Shown here: positions 36,539-51,063 of the stretch, in pieces
Position numbering within the stretch: the first letter of the stretch is position 1
Layout of the letters: each line of letters starts with the position of its first letter
Source: Adineta vaga
Lineage: Eukaryota; Animalia; Rotifera
DNA length: 64,000 bases
NCBI GenBank assembly: GCA_021613535.1
Contig: CP075496.1
Span: 3,100,001-3,164,000, forward strand
Direction: 5' to 3'
Notes under the pieces: generated by a model
What the model was told of the DNA's origin: nothing
Seen by the model: the letters and a program-made list of their open reading frames with translations, nothing else
Databases searched by the model: none
Made by a program: the position numbers and the translations under genes

Positions 36539-39500
36539 ATGCCATTAGCTGCTCTAACACCTGTATTAAATGATTTACTTAATAAAAGAGATAACAGCTC
36601 GATGTCGAATCAACGAAATCAATCTTTACAACAACTAATGATTCCACTGAATGATTCATTAGATACAAAGGAATACATGTCTAAAGGATCCGTTAGTGGT
36701 CTTTCAGTTAGTATTATCAATCCATTGTCGTCGTCTTCCATTGATGATGTGAGTATCTAATAATCACATTTATTCTCCGAATGAGAACGGATGCATAAGT
36801 CATTTATTTGTGAATGAATAATTGTTATGTCGACAATCAAGTCCGAAAAACGCAAGGCAATAGAATAGATAGGAAAAAAAAGAAAAAAAAAACTATTGTT
36901 TTTCTTTCATATTTTTTTCCCTTTTTCTCAACATGACATTGGTTCCGTTGCTCTTCATGTAATTAAGTATGATGGATAGATAGAGAATTCTTTAAGAAAT
37001 CATCAACACTTACTTGGTTGTATTTACTTACACTTGAAACATAGAAAAACGAAGTTGTTAACGAAAGAAAAAAATGATATTAATTGTAAGATGCAATAGT
37101 CAATAAATAGAAGATCATTACGAATGACACGACATCAAGCATATGGAGAAGATCCTTTAATTGCTTATTTTCGTCCATTTCTCGGTTAGTTCATCAATTT
37201 TTAATATCTATTTTTCTTTTAACAGAGTACTTATTCAAACACGACAAATAAATTCAAAACAAATGAAAATTCTTTAAAAAGAGAAGACTCATTCCTACGA
37301 AGATTTTCTACTCATTATGGTTATCGAGGATTGGGAGTGATGGGTATATTCTTGTTTTTTTAAAAATAATCTTTCTATTTTTTGTATCGAATTTGAATAT
37401 ATTTATCTGTTATTCTTTTCTCTTCTAAAGTATCATCAAAGCGGAATCTTCGAACAAATTTTGAAAAAGATGAACCGATCAAATCTCGTTACATATTTAT
37501 TCGTCGAATTTTACGTTCATGTAATTATTTTGTCATATCAACAGATGAATCACTCTTATTTTATTGGCTAATTGTATTAAATATATTTGTATTATATAAT
37601 CTTTGGTTTCCAATTGCACGTCAAGCATTTGAACCATTACAAAGAGATTATACACATATATGGACATTTGCTGATTATCTTGCTGATACAATATATTTTC
37701 TCGATATCGGCATTCAATTTCGAACTGGTTATTTACAACAAGGTATTGTTCATACATGAAAATATATCTGACTTTATATGAACGTAAATATCGATGTTAC
37801 ATATATATATGTATATATATTTTAGGTTTACTTGTTTACAATCATCATAAACTAGCAATGCATTATATTCGTTCTCCACGTTTTATTTGCGATATCGCAT
37901 CGTTAACACCATTAGATTTACTACAGACAAAATTTGGTTCACTACCAATTCTTCGTTTTCCGCGATTTTTGAAAATTTATCGAACATTTCAATTATATTA
38001 TTTACAAGAATCACGCACCGTTTATCCAAATACTTATCGTGTCCTCAATCTGTTTCACATACTTCTATTACTTGGTCATTGGCTAGCTGCATTTTATTTT
38101 ATGGTATCAAAAGCAGAAGGTTTTGTTGGATACTGGTCATATCCAAAGCCTGTCGGAAATTTTTCTCAACTAGCTAAAATGTATTTACGTTGTCTCTATT
38201 GGTCGACATTAACATTAACAACCATTGGAGATTTACCACCACCAGAAACGAATTGGCAGTGAGTAGATTTTATTTTATTTTATTTCATTTCTTAATCGAC
38301 CAGAGAATTTCAGCAAAGAGTTGACTATTGATCAGAAGAAATTAACACACACATATTATTCGTCTTTTTTTCTTGTTCTATTTTCTTTTTCAAAAGCTAG
38401 ATGGCTGAAAAATTTTACGAACAAACGGTAAGTTCATATATTTATTTTATATTTTAATCAATGCTTTGAGATTAATTTTTAGTTACGCTTTTCTAATAAG
38501 CGTTCACTTGTTCGCCGTTTTTGTCATAGCTATCATTGTGGGTAAGAAAATATACTTCTACTATGAGGTATTCTTTTGTATATACTATTATTAAAGGAGA
38601 ATATCATCAGATACACATCATATGTTTTAATTTTTTTTTGAGGGCTGTTTTTGCTATTACCAGTTATATGGTTGGGATATTCGTTTTCTCATCTATTATA
38701 GGTAAGTTATGGCAATAAATAAAAAATATACTAGATAATATATACAAGTTTTTTTCATATTAGGACAAGTTGGCAATGTTATTGCAAATCGAAATGCTAG
38801 TCGTTTAGAATTTGAACGCTTATTGGTTTGATTCGACAAATTGTACGTGTAAAGTTGAACATCATTTCGTTTTTGTAGGATAGTGCTAAACAATATATGC
38901 GTACACATAATGTTCCACCTGAAATGCAACGACGTGTTCAACGTTGGTATGATTATTCATGGTCACGTGGTCGTATGTCAGGTGCTGGCGATGTTCATTC
39001 AATCAAACTTTTACCTGATAAACTTAAAACGGAATTAGCACTTCATGTCAATCTAGGAACATTAAAAAAGGTAAATTCTCTATTATAAACAATTACTAAT
39101 AAAGTTAGTCATGTATTTCAATAGTTTATTATTCAATTCTACCTTAAATTATCTTTTTTTCTTTAAGGTGACTATATTTCAAGAATGTCAACCTGAATTT
39201 CTCCATGACTTGGTTCTCAAAATGCGTGCTTATATTTTCACACCAGGTGATATAATTTGTCGGAAAGGTGAAGTAGCGCGTGAAATGTTCATTATAGCCG
39301 ATGGTGTTCTAGAAGTAGTCAAGTAAGCATTAATTATAAATATATATCTTTTTACATTAATCCAATCAATCAAATATATAAATAAGTATATATATCGTAT
39401 ATTTAGCGAAAAAAATGAGATTTTAACACGTATGGGTGCAGGGGATTTTTTTGGTGAAATTGGTATATTAAATATTGATGGCGCTAATCGACGAACGGCT

Positions 39501-40401
39501 GATGTACGAAGTGTTGGTTATTCCGAATTATTTTCTTTATCGAAAGAAGACGTATTAGAAGGTTGTCGTGATTATCCAGAAGCGGAACGTAAATTGTATG
39601 AGTATGCAGAAAAACGGCTCGAGGTTGAAAAAGCAAAAAAAGATGCGGAAGCGGCAGCAGCAGAACGATTAAAGAATCCCCTTCATACGTTAACATCAAT
39701 TGCATCGTGTTTAACACACAATCCAATAGCAACTATGTCACTGAATGAAACAAAAACGTACAATTTATTTTTGATACCATTCTGATAAATAAAGAATTCT
39801 TTTTTCTGTAGAAATCTTCTCGATGAGAATAATGATAATGAAAACGAAGCAATATATACAGAATTAAAACCATCATCTTATAATCATGGAAAAGCAATAA
39901 CAGGAACGAGAGCTAGGTAGGTTTATTAATGAAACTTGAATTTTTCATCTTTTTTGTTCTAATTAGATTAAAATCTAAAAATGCGGCCATAACTGTACGA
40001 AATTCAAACTGTGATAATCACGAAAAATCTCTAAAGCTTCAATATTCAACCACAGAGAGCTCTTTAGTTTCTTCTTTACGCATGCATTCAACAGATTTGA
40101 TGAGTAGTATTGAATTACTTATCAATGGTAGATTGGTAAAAACTTTTATAAGATTTTTCTTGCATATTTAACAGTTCTTTTCGTTTCTTACAAGAAATCA
40201 ATAGAACAGAATTACCATGACCAGATAGCTGATTTACAAGATGAAAATGACCGTAAAGACGCACGAATTAAACTATTAGAACAAAAACTACAAAAACTAC
40301 AGGTTTTTTTATTTTCTTGTTTAAGCATTTGAAGAGAACAAATTGTTTTATTTTAGCGAACGTTACTCAATCGTAGTCGAATTTGGTTTGAAGAAAAATA
40401 G
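36539..40401 (+). CDS. CNGA: Cyclic nucleotide-gated cation channel, alpha-type (multi-exon)
   Basis: S4 [11 protein letters not shown], pore [19 protein letters not shown]-linker [34 protein letters not shown] and a C-terminal coiled coil. The N-terminal exons are less certain. Confidence 0.93.
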
Positions 40402-41884
40402 AAAATTCATATACTGAAAACTTTGTCCATTTGAACATTGTCCTTTTGTATTTGTCATACATGTTTAAATATATTGTTATATAATTATTCTATAGAATAT
40501 ATAAATATATATAAAATTATTATTAATTTAAAGATATTCAAAACACGAATGATTCTGAAAACAATTCTATCTCATAATCGATATGAACATGTTCATAAAT
40601 GAATGATAATCACGTGAAAGTAGTGTCGAATATGATTCATTAATACTAAAGATATTAAATGGTTGTTATCACAACGTCATATATTCACTATATCACTTAT
40701 TGTAATAGTCGCTTTCTTAGATGGATATCGTTACTGAAATACGAAATTTTTCTATTTTGATCTATATGAAAGGAAACTAGCTTTGATATTTTGTCTAATA
40801 TCATGGCTCATGGCAGAATGAATATGTGATAATGTCTAATTATCTTACAATTACATGATACGATGGTTCTAAGAATAGAGTTGCACAAGAAAATTAATTT
40901 AAGACAAGATATAAACACCAAAACATTTGATTAACTATGTGTTTCATTATTGCATGAATATCAGAAAAATGTAAAGATACCGACATTTTTAGCACGATAA
41001 AAATACCTTTCTTTTTGCATGAAAACTTTCTTTTATCTTTTGCAAGAAAAGCTGATTAAAACATATACCGCTCTAGTAATTTACTATAGAAATGATGGTT
41101 GTTCATTATTCATGATGCGATTCTTCATCTGTAAGCGTAATTGCTCCTATATAGGTTTTTGTATTGAATTCAAATGACAAGTATTAGCAAAGTTTTGATT
41201 TATTTACCATAATTTCAGTAAGCTACTTTTAATTGTCTAAATCAATACAGATCAACTCAGATATTATTAATATACGGGCAATTTTAGTACTAGTATCGGA
41301 AATCGATACAAAACCAAAATAATAGCTATCACTTCAATTCTCAATTGTGTAATTTTGTAACATAACAATATTCAATTCAATATTTTCAGTGTTTTGATCG
41401 TAAAATTATAATGATAGAATTGACATCGGAAGTAAAGTAGCGACATCTATCGAATATTTTAATCATGCTCAATCTAAATTATCAATAAGTTTAACTAAGT
41501 TCATTTCATAGATATTTTTAAAATTATATCGTAAAAATTTTGTTTTATTCGAATAGTATATTCGACCAATCCTATATGAGATCTTTGTTTGTCAGTTTTT
41601 TCTATGACTATTAATGTCTGTAGGTTTTTCTTGCGTTTTTTCTTCGTTCCATTATTATTTGTTTGCTTAACAGAGCAAGAGGCAAAAAAAGAAAAGAAAG
41701 AAAGAAAGAAAAGGTGCGGAGGCGTTGACATCGTCGCTCCCGTCATTACTATTATCTTAAGTTCATTTCTCATTTTCAAAATACAAAGAAGAATATTGAA
41801 GATGTTCTTATATTAATTAACGTCTTCTATTTTGTTGTAGAATGCCATGATATTCAGAGAAAATTAGCGTATTAATTAAAGAAT

Positions 41885-44800
41885 ATGTTCAATTCATTTT
41901 CTAACGTATTTGGTGTTGATGAAAATGAAACGACAAAAATGAACGGTATGAATCCATTTGATTTACCAACATCATCATCATCATCAACAACTACATCAAC
42001 TACAACAGATCCTTTTGGAATATCACAGACGATGATATTATCTGAATCATCAGAAAAATTTGAAGATAATCCATTTATAGTTAAAACAAACAAAGATAAA
42101 ACTATTCGACCTCGTAGTGGAAAAGAAGCTCTATCATCATCCAATTGGCTTGCTTATCAACATTCAATGGATGAGGCAAATTTAGATGCTCTAGAGGATT
42201 TACAAGAGAAACCATTAACTACAGATTCATATAAAGTAAATCGTTTCAATCCATTTGATAGTTCAGCAATATCAGATACAAATCCATTGGATACGGCAAC
42301 ATTTCCACCTTCTTCAATGGATTTTCTATTTGATGTTAATACTGATTCATATCCAGTATCAACTACAAATTCTAATCAATCATCGTATGATTTTCTTGGT
42401 TTTAATCAAACAAATACATCCGAAGCACAAATCATAAAAGATGATACCATAGCCGATATGTCACAATTTGCATCTATGAAAACGTCTTCATCATCATCAT
42501 CATCATTACTATCAAAAGATTCAACTCCATTAGTAACATCTTCTCATTCAATACCTCTAAAAACTACATCATTAACATCTTCGTCAAATGTCGTACATAC
42601 ACAAACGCCATTATCCTCAACAACAATAACTTCTACCACTTCTAATCCTACATTGAATGATCAATTTCTTGATTGGTTCACGCAGCCGTCTGATACGACA
42701 AGTGACAATAATTCAAAAATAAATCAATCATCACAATCAAATGATTTTAATGCAATTAAAAATACAGAAGATCTCTTTGGAATAAGTTATCAACAACCAC
42801 AAAGCTCATCAATAATTCGTAAGGATTGAAAATCTTTTTTTTATGTTAATATTTATATATAATTTTGCTGTAGAAGGATTCAATGAAGAGAGTAATACAT
42901 CATCATCTGTCATTCTTCCAAAACAAACAATACGTCGTCCTTCAAATGAAGCAATTCCATCAATTCATATACATGAACCAACAATTGGACAGAATGATAG
43001 TAACGCTGTTCTACGAGGATATTTTGGTAAAGAAAATAAAAATCAATCCGATGATGACTCTGATGATGATAAAAAAATGGTTTTTCGTATTGGAGAAAAA
43101 AAACAAAATGCATCTGCTTATGATTCAAATATACCACTACCATTATTACCTCCACCACCATCACCATCATCATCGAAACATTATAAAGAAGCCAGTGATG
43201 ATGCAAGTTCATCATCCTCTGAATCAGATCAAGATGATCCACTTGCTATATTTCGATCAAAATCTACGACACAGAAAACAGATCGACCAACTGGCACAAA
43301 TCTAATTACTGATTGGGACGATGAACCAACAACGAATGATCAAAAAAAAGAATCGGTATGCTTGATATTCATATGTATATCTGTATATATTGTTGTCTCG
43401 TGTATTTATCAAGTCTATTTGAGGTTGGTGTTCAGTCGAAATTAGTAAAGTTTATTTATTCTCCACTTTTTTTGACAATCTTTTAGGAAAAAACTCGATC
43501 ATTATCTCCACCGATACCACCATTGGATTATTATTTACATGAACCCGATTATGAAGATAGTGCACCATTAGAAGCCTATCATAATGATATAAATGAACTA
43601 CAATTACAACAACTTAATGGATGGCTATTACAGATTCGTGTACCATTAAGACAAAAAGATCTATATAAAAGTACTTTTCAACGCTTCAGTGAAACACGTA
43701 AGATGTTTTGAAAAAAAAGAACACGACTTCTATATAATATGAATTGTTTCAAATAGGTACTTGGCAAGAATGTTATGTACGAATATTTTTCGATGAAAAA
43801 AAATTACGTTTCTATCTTCCGCAGACTATTGAACAATCATTTGCTGAAATTGAACTTCAAACATGGTATCAATGTACAAAATTTAATCTTCAACAATATG
43901 ATCAATACTCGAAAATTCATACATTTAAAATATTTGAAGCTAATTATCGTGAGATTCCTCAAGTTCGTATTGATCGTCTTGTTACTTTACCAGAAAAATT
44001 ACTTCGACGATTTACTCGTCCAAATAAAGCCCAGCAAGTTCTATTAGATCATGCTAATTGTGTTCAACAAGAAATTGTCAAATTCGGTCAATTAAATTAT
44101 ACATATTTAAAACAATTTTCCATTATCTTAGATGATTTATTTTGGTCAATGCCTGTTACACGTAGTCGATTACAAAAACATTTAAAAGAAGAAATTACTG
44201 TCAAGATTTTAGATGAATATTATGCACACATTGATAAATATCATCATATATGTAAACATAAATCTCGTACACGTTTATTTCTCTTAGCATTTCTTAATGG
44301 AACAGAACCGGTTGTAGAAATTGGTATGAATGATTGGTTTCGTCATGGGAAAGAAGTTAACAAACGAAATGAAATCATTATTAATAAAACATTACAAGAA
44401 TATTGGATTAAGCCTGAACAAGTTGAATTAGCATCAATTATTGATACAGATGAATATGAAAATACTCATTTATTTAAGTTAATACCACCTGATAGTCAAA
44501 ATATCGAAATAATGCGTTTTCGTACTCGACCTAAACAAAACATTGAATTACCATTACAAGTAAACAAAATATTGTATAGAAGAAAGAGATTTGTATTAAA
44601 TTTAATTTTTCATAGACTTTCTGTTTCATGTCGGTTATTAATCGTCAAGTAAATATACGCATCGAAGTAACTGTATCACATGCATTTAATGTAAGTATTT
44701 TATCCAAAGCATCATCCATGGCTACTAATGATAAAACAGCAAATGTACGAGATGATAATAGCGACGAACAATGTCCATGTGAAGACATTCAAATACGTTT

Positions 44801-45534
44801 TCCAATACCTGATCCATGGGTTTATATGTTTCGAGTGGAAAAACGCTTTCGTTATGGAGCTATACATAGTGTTCGTCGTAAAGCGGGAAAAATCAAAGTA
44901 ATCTTAAATATAATATAATATTTGATTAATTAACTTCTTAGAATTAAACTCGTTTCATATAGTTATTAAAGTTTTAAGTTCATACATTTGAATAATTTTC
45001 TTCTAATTTAGGGTCTTGATCGTTTAATGGTTCATCGTAATGATGGTTCAACACCATTCATGGCAGCATCAGCTGGAGTAGCTAAATATGAACAAGCATT
45101 TCGATCAATCGTTTGGCGTATTGATCAATTACCAAAACGCGATCAAGGAGCTTACAAAACACATATATTTGAATGTAGTTTTTCAGTACCACCACATGAT
45201 CCAGTGCCAGAAAAATATGAACCAATTGCTGACGCTGAATATTGCATGTCGCAGGCATATGTTTCACATTGTCAAGTAAATAAAATTTCAAATTAGTGAC
45301 AATAGTTATTGATTTAACTTTTTATAGATTCGTTCGGTTGCTGTACCAAATGCTGAAGAAACACCGGAGAAATGGATTCGACCAAAAAGTCGATTTACAT
45401 ATACAATCGATATTGAATATGCATTTAAAGAAGAAGAGAAAAAAGAATTTGCACCAATTGAAATAGATATGAAAGAACAAACGATGTCACAGAGTGAAGC
45501 TGAAAATAATTCACAATCAGATGAAAGTGACTGA
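41885..45534 (+). CDS. STON2: Stonin / stoned-B endocytic adaptor
   Basis: Ser/Thr-rich N-terminus with several NPF and DPF motifs, then a stonin-homology region (GWLLQIRVP..W..CYVRI) and a mu-homology domain (AKYEQAFRSIVWRIDQLP). Confidence 0.88.
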
Positions 45535-45792
45535 AAAAGAATCAAACGAACAGAAATCTCATTTTGACTTTAAAATTTGTTTGCTATGCAAAATAATGTT
45601 GTATACCCAAGTATCTTTACCTTTTATGTGATATTTTTCATTTTTCACTTGCTTATCGTACTTTAGTGCAACCTAATCAGTTTGTTTTTGTATTTTCACC
45701 ATTATTTTATGTGTGTTCAGTTTGTTCTTGATGTCATATAAATAAACCAGTCTTCATTTATATTTTAGATAGTTAAAAAAAACAAAAACAAG

Positions 45793-48700
45793 ATGACACT
45801 TAATAGTAGTACACGATCATTACGACAACATGTTCAACGTTCATTAGGTGATGATTTTATTGAACCACCTTCTGTTATGTCAGCAGTAGGAAATGATGAT
45901 GACGACGATGATGGAACTGAAGATTTCCATCCAAGAGGTACAGCATCAAAAGCACGATCACGTGGTGGTGGTGGAAGACAATCACGAGGAGGACGAAAAT
46001 CAGGTTTAAATATTAATCAAACGGATGATGATTTAATGGAAACAAGTTCTATGAGTACAACAACCGGGCGTCATACAACATATGGTGATCATCAATCTGA
46101 AGAAAAAGGATATTTTCATCATTTATTAAATGGAAAAACGAATATACAAGTGTTAGTCGATCAATGGATTGATTCATATCAAGCTAATCGTGATGAAGCA
46201 TTAATTGAATTAATGCAGTTCTTTTTGGATTCAAGTGGTTGTAAAGGAAAGTTAACGCAAACAATGTATTTAAAAATGGAACATGTCGATATGTTAAGAG
46301 CAATGACTGAACATTTTGATGAGGTAAAATTTCTTTTTCATGCTCATATTTCATATAATTGAAATAACTAATATTACCAAAAAACAAAATGTGTTTTCAA
46401 GGTTTTCATTCAACTCCAATTTCATTTCTATTCAATAGATATAATTGATATTTGTGTTAAACTCTACATTCGTACTTTCACCTTTATATCTTTCTAATGA
46501 TTATCTTGTGAACAATATTATTTAAGCTGAATCTATTTTGAGCATTCTATTGTTCATTTATACAATGTATATTATTATTTCATTACTATAATATCTTTGA
46601 CACTATAATATGTAAGGCATAGTGTGTTAACTTATTAGCATAGAATGAATGATTAACAATGAAAGTATTGATGAAACAGAATTATTTACAATACTCATTA
46701 ACTAGCCAATCTATAAACCTAATTTTAATTTTTTTAAAAGATAAGATAAATTTTAATTTTTATAATCATTTATTTTAGGATACATCCGAATATCCAATAA
46801 TCATGTCTGGGTTACAATATAAAAAATTTCGTGCATCATTTAGTGAATTTGTTGTATTATTAATAAAACAATCATCTTATTCAATTATATATGATCAGTA
46901 TATGATTGATAATCTTGTAACATTATTAACTGCTCTATCTGACTCATCTGTTCGTGCTTTTCGTCATACAGGAACTTTAGCTGGTAATAAACAATGATTT
47001 ACTATGAAAGGAAAGGCATCGCTCTGTTTTATTTTAGTTTTGAAAGTTATGACAGCACTTGTCGATATTGCATTAACAATCAGTATACAAAAGGATCAAT
47101 GTCAAAGACAATATGAAGCTGAACGACAAAAATCAAGTGCACGACGAGCTGCAGATCGACTCGATACATTGACAACAAAACGAAAAGAAGTACGAAGAAA
47201 ATACAATTCGATTTTTGAAGATTTTATGATTATTTTAGTTTGAAGGAAATGAAAATGAAATAAAAAGTTTTATGAATTTTATATTTAAAGGTGTTTTTAT
47301 TCATCGTTATCGGTAGGTTTTAATTTCTGTTGGTATTTTTTTCTCATAAATTATTATTTGTTGCAGAGATATCGTACCAGATATTCGTTGTTTATGTATG
47401 AGTGAATTAGGTGAATGGATGAAAAGTTATCCGATGGTTTTTCTCGATGATATTTATCTTAAATATATTGGTTGGACTCTCTATGATAAAGTAAAAGAAA
47501 AAAAAAAGTTTTATTTTTTTTTATAAAATCAAAATTGATATTTCAGGTTGGAGATTGTCGTTTACGTTGTTTACTTGCATTAATACCTTTATTTCAAACA
47601 ACAGATCTTGTTGGTAAACTTGAATTGTTTACTAATCGATTTAAAGTAAGAAATAGTCTTAAAACAATTCAATTTCTTCTTAAAATCATTTTTTTCTTCT
47701 CATAGGATCGTATTGTACAAATGACGGTTGATTGTGAATATGAAGTAGCGGTACAAGCAATTAAACTTTTAACAGCAATATTAAAGTAAGATCAATAGAA
47801 GACAATAAATATAAAGTTTTGTACCTATTGTTTTTACCACTCATACAGATTCAATGATCGAATATTAGAAGATAAAGATTGTGAAAATATCTATGAACTT
47901 GTTTATCATTCACATCGTCAAATTTCTCAAGCAGCTGGAGAATTTCTCAATCAAAAATTATTTCACAAAGCAGAACAACCATCAAATCCATCGAAAAAAC
48001 GCAGTCAAAATACTGCTTTTATGCATTTACTTGTGCAATTTTTTATTGAAAGTGAAGTAAGTTTTCAAAATGATTATCAAATCAAACTAGTACATGTATT
48101 ATTCAATTGTTTTAGCTTCATGAGCATGCAACTTATCTAGTTGATTCGATGTGGGATCAACATCCAATGATGAAAGACTGGGAATGTATGACTGACATAT
48201 TACTTGAAGCACCCGATCAAGATGAAGATCGTATGTATTATTTGTGTAAAAGATTGTTTGTTTTTGTTATGATCAATTCTATTAAATGTAGCTCTTGATG
48301 ATCAACATGAAAATTGCTTGATTGAAATAATGGTTTGTTGTGTACGTGAAGCTGCAACTGGAGAATATCCAATTGGTCGTGGACAACCAAATCGAAAAGT
48401 ATAGTAGAAATAATTCGATTCTAATTGATGGATTTTATTTTCGATCATTTTTAGTTAACTATGAAAGAGCAAAAACAAAAAGAAGATGATAAAAAAATGT
48501 TAACCGATCATTTCATTGGTACTTTACCGCCATTATTGAATAAAGTAAAAAATTCTTTTCAATATATTTGTCTTTACTTTGATTGATTTATATTTAGTAC
48601 ATTGCTGATGCAGATAAATTACTAAATTTGTTACAAATTCCACTTCATTTCAATTATGAAGTATATACAACAACACGACGTGAACGTGATCTTGATGCTT

Positions 48701-50822
48701 ATTTGAATGCATTGAGCGATATTGTACAACGTCATACAACAGCTGAAGTTTGTTCAATGAATTTGCTTGTATTTTGTATTTCCATTTCTTTCTTATTGAT
48801 TTCAATAGATTTTTGATGCTGTTTCCAAATGTTTTGAATGCGTATGTGATGTTAGTTTTACTTTATCTAATCGAGCTATTGCACATCGTGGAAATATTAT
48901 TGATAAAATTCTTGCTAATTTCAATGCTGCTATGGGTATTTTTGAAGAAATGGTATGTAAGATTTGACTTGAAAGAAGCAATTTGTTTTTTCTTGTTTGA
49001 TTTCTCTAGGATGAAGCTGACGAAGATGATTTATATCCATTATTACTCAATCTAAGAAAATTAGATGCTTTCCATCAGTAAGATTTATTTATTTTTATAT
49101 CGATGTTCATGAATATTTCATATTTTATGTAATTTCAGATGTCACGATTTGGGAAATATTGATTTATGGGATAAAATACATTTATTATTCAAAGCAGCAA
49201 TCGATAATGAAGATATGTCACCAGAGGTTCATTTTATTCAAAACTAAAGAATTCACTAGCGAATTTTATTTATTCTTATAGATCGTAGAGAAATGTTTTG
49301 GTATCGCGAATCGTAGTTTACTCTGGGGATTATACCAAATCGATATACAGTTCGATAAGGTAAATACGATTAGTTTTGATATGAAAGATATAGATTTCGA
49401 TAATATCGATGTTCTCTAAAGTATTTACATTGATCAAATAGATCATATAATTAAGAGATATTCGCATTGTTCACTCAACTATTATCTTTCTAGGATTTAT
49501 TGAAAAAAATCGTGAAACGAAGTCGTAAACTATGTAATTTATGTCAAAAATTAATGTTACATGCTAATACTCAAATATGTCATTATGCTTATACAACATT
49601 GTGTGATTTATTAATAAGTATGAGTCCACATTTAGTGGATAAAAATCCTGATTATCAAGTTCTTGTCATTGAAATAAATGAAAATCTTATTCAATCATTA
49701 TTAACATTTCTAAATACTTATGTATTTTTTGCTGAAGAACCAAAAAGTAATGAAATATGAAGAAAAAAACGAGTCTTACCTTAACATTTCATCATTTGTG
49801 TCTATTTTTAGATCAAGATGAACAAGCAAAAATCGAAACACTTCATAAAAAACGTAATCTTCTTGCTGCTTATTGCAAATTAATTGTACATAATGTGTTA
49901 CCAATCCAAGCAGCAACTAATATACTTAAATATTATGTTAAAGTAATCAATATTTAAGAAAATATGGATTCGAGTGATTTTCTTTGTTTCTAATTTTAGT
50001 ATAGCAATGATTTTGGTGATATTATCAAAAATACTTTTACACGTGCTCGAGATATTTCGAAAATTCATACCGCTAAAACAATGGCTTATAGTCTTATGGC
50101 TGTATTCAAAGATTGTATGGCTGCTCGAGATACTTCACAGCAATCTGGTGGAAATGAAGATACAGCTAATATTGATCTATCACCATTAAGAGTAAGGACA
50201 ATGTGGTAAATAATTAATTAATAATTGTTTTTCTGTATAGGAATTAGCTCGTCGATTCAATCTATCATTTGGATTAGACATGTCAAAACAAAGAGAAGCA
50301 CTTGCTGCTCTTCATCGGTATGAAAATTCATATATTTATATTTCTCTTTTCTTCTACTATTTGAATACTTAATATTTAGTGAATGTATTCGTTTTGCTTT
50401 AACACCATTATTTAATCATGATGATCCAACACAACCAGGACCAAATATACTCTTTCTTGAAGTATTACCAGAATTTGCTTCAAAACTTCTTAAACCGGAT
50501 AAAAAAGCAATGTTTGTATTTTCTAAATAATTCTATATCGAAAGTATTCTTTTTCCTTTATTTTTTCGTATTGCAGTTTCGATCACATCGATAAACTTGT
50601 ACATAGTGCAACGCTTGAAAATGATGCATGGCAACCATTATTAAATTATCGTCGTATTCTTAATGACGAACCAGGTAGTGGTCATGGTCTTAAAGCACGA
50701 GCGTCGACCGGTACTCGAGGCCGTAAACGCGCAATACCACAAGATGGTAACTAATAATTTTCATTCATTTTAAAACTAATTATTTATTCTTTATTAATCT
50801 AGATGATAATTCTCGATTGTGA
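45793..50822 (+). CDS. STAG: Cohesin subunit SA/Scc3 (STAG1/2-like), many short introns
   Basis: [64 protein letters not shown] and [18 protein letters not shown]. Confidence 0.95.
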
Positions 50823-51063
50823 TTAAACATAAACAATGATTGTTTTTCTTCTTCTGTTTAACTATACTTAGTGTTTCTCTTGTATAGCATACTTAGATAT
50901 ATTCTTTTGTTGTTCTTATTGTATTATTCATTTATTGATTGATGTTTGTTTTTCTTTTCGTTTACCGTGTCTTTTACATAATAAAAAATTTCAAACAAGA
51001 AAATTGTTTTCATCAAAAACGAAAGATGAATGAAATCACTCGTTTTGTTTGTAGATTATTATT

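Noticed and set aside
41501-45545. Antisense and alternative-frame ORFs over the stonin gene
   Set aside because: Shadow ORFs arising from TCA/GAT-rich low-complexity coding sequence.
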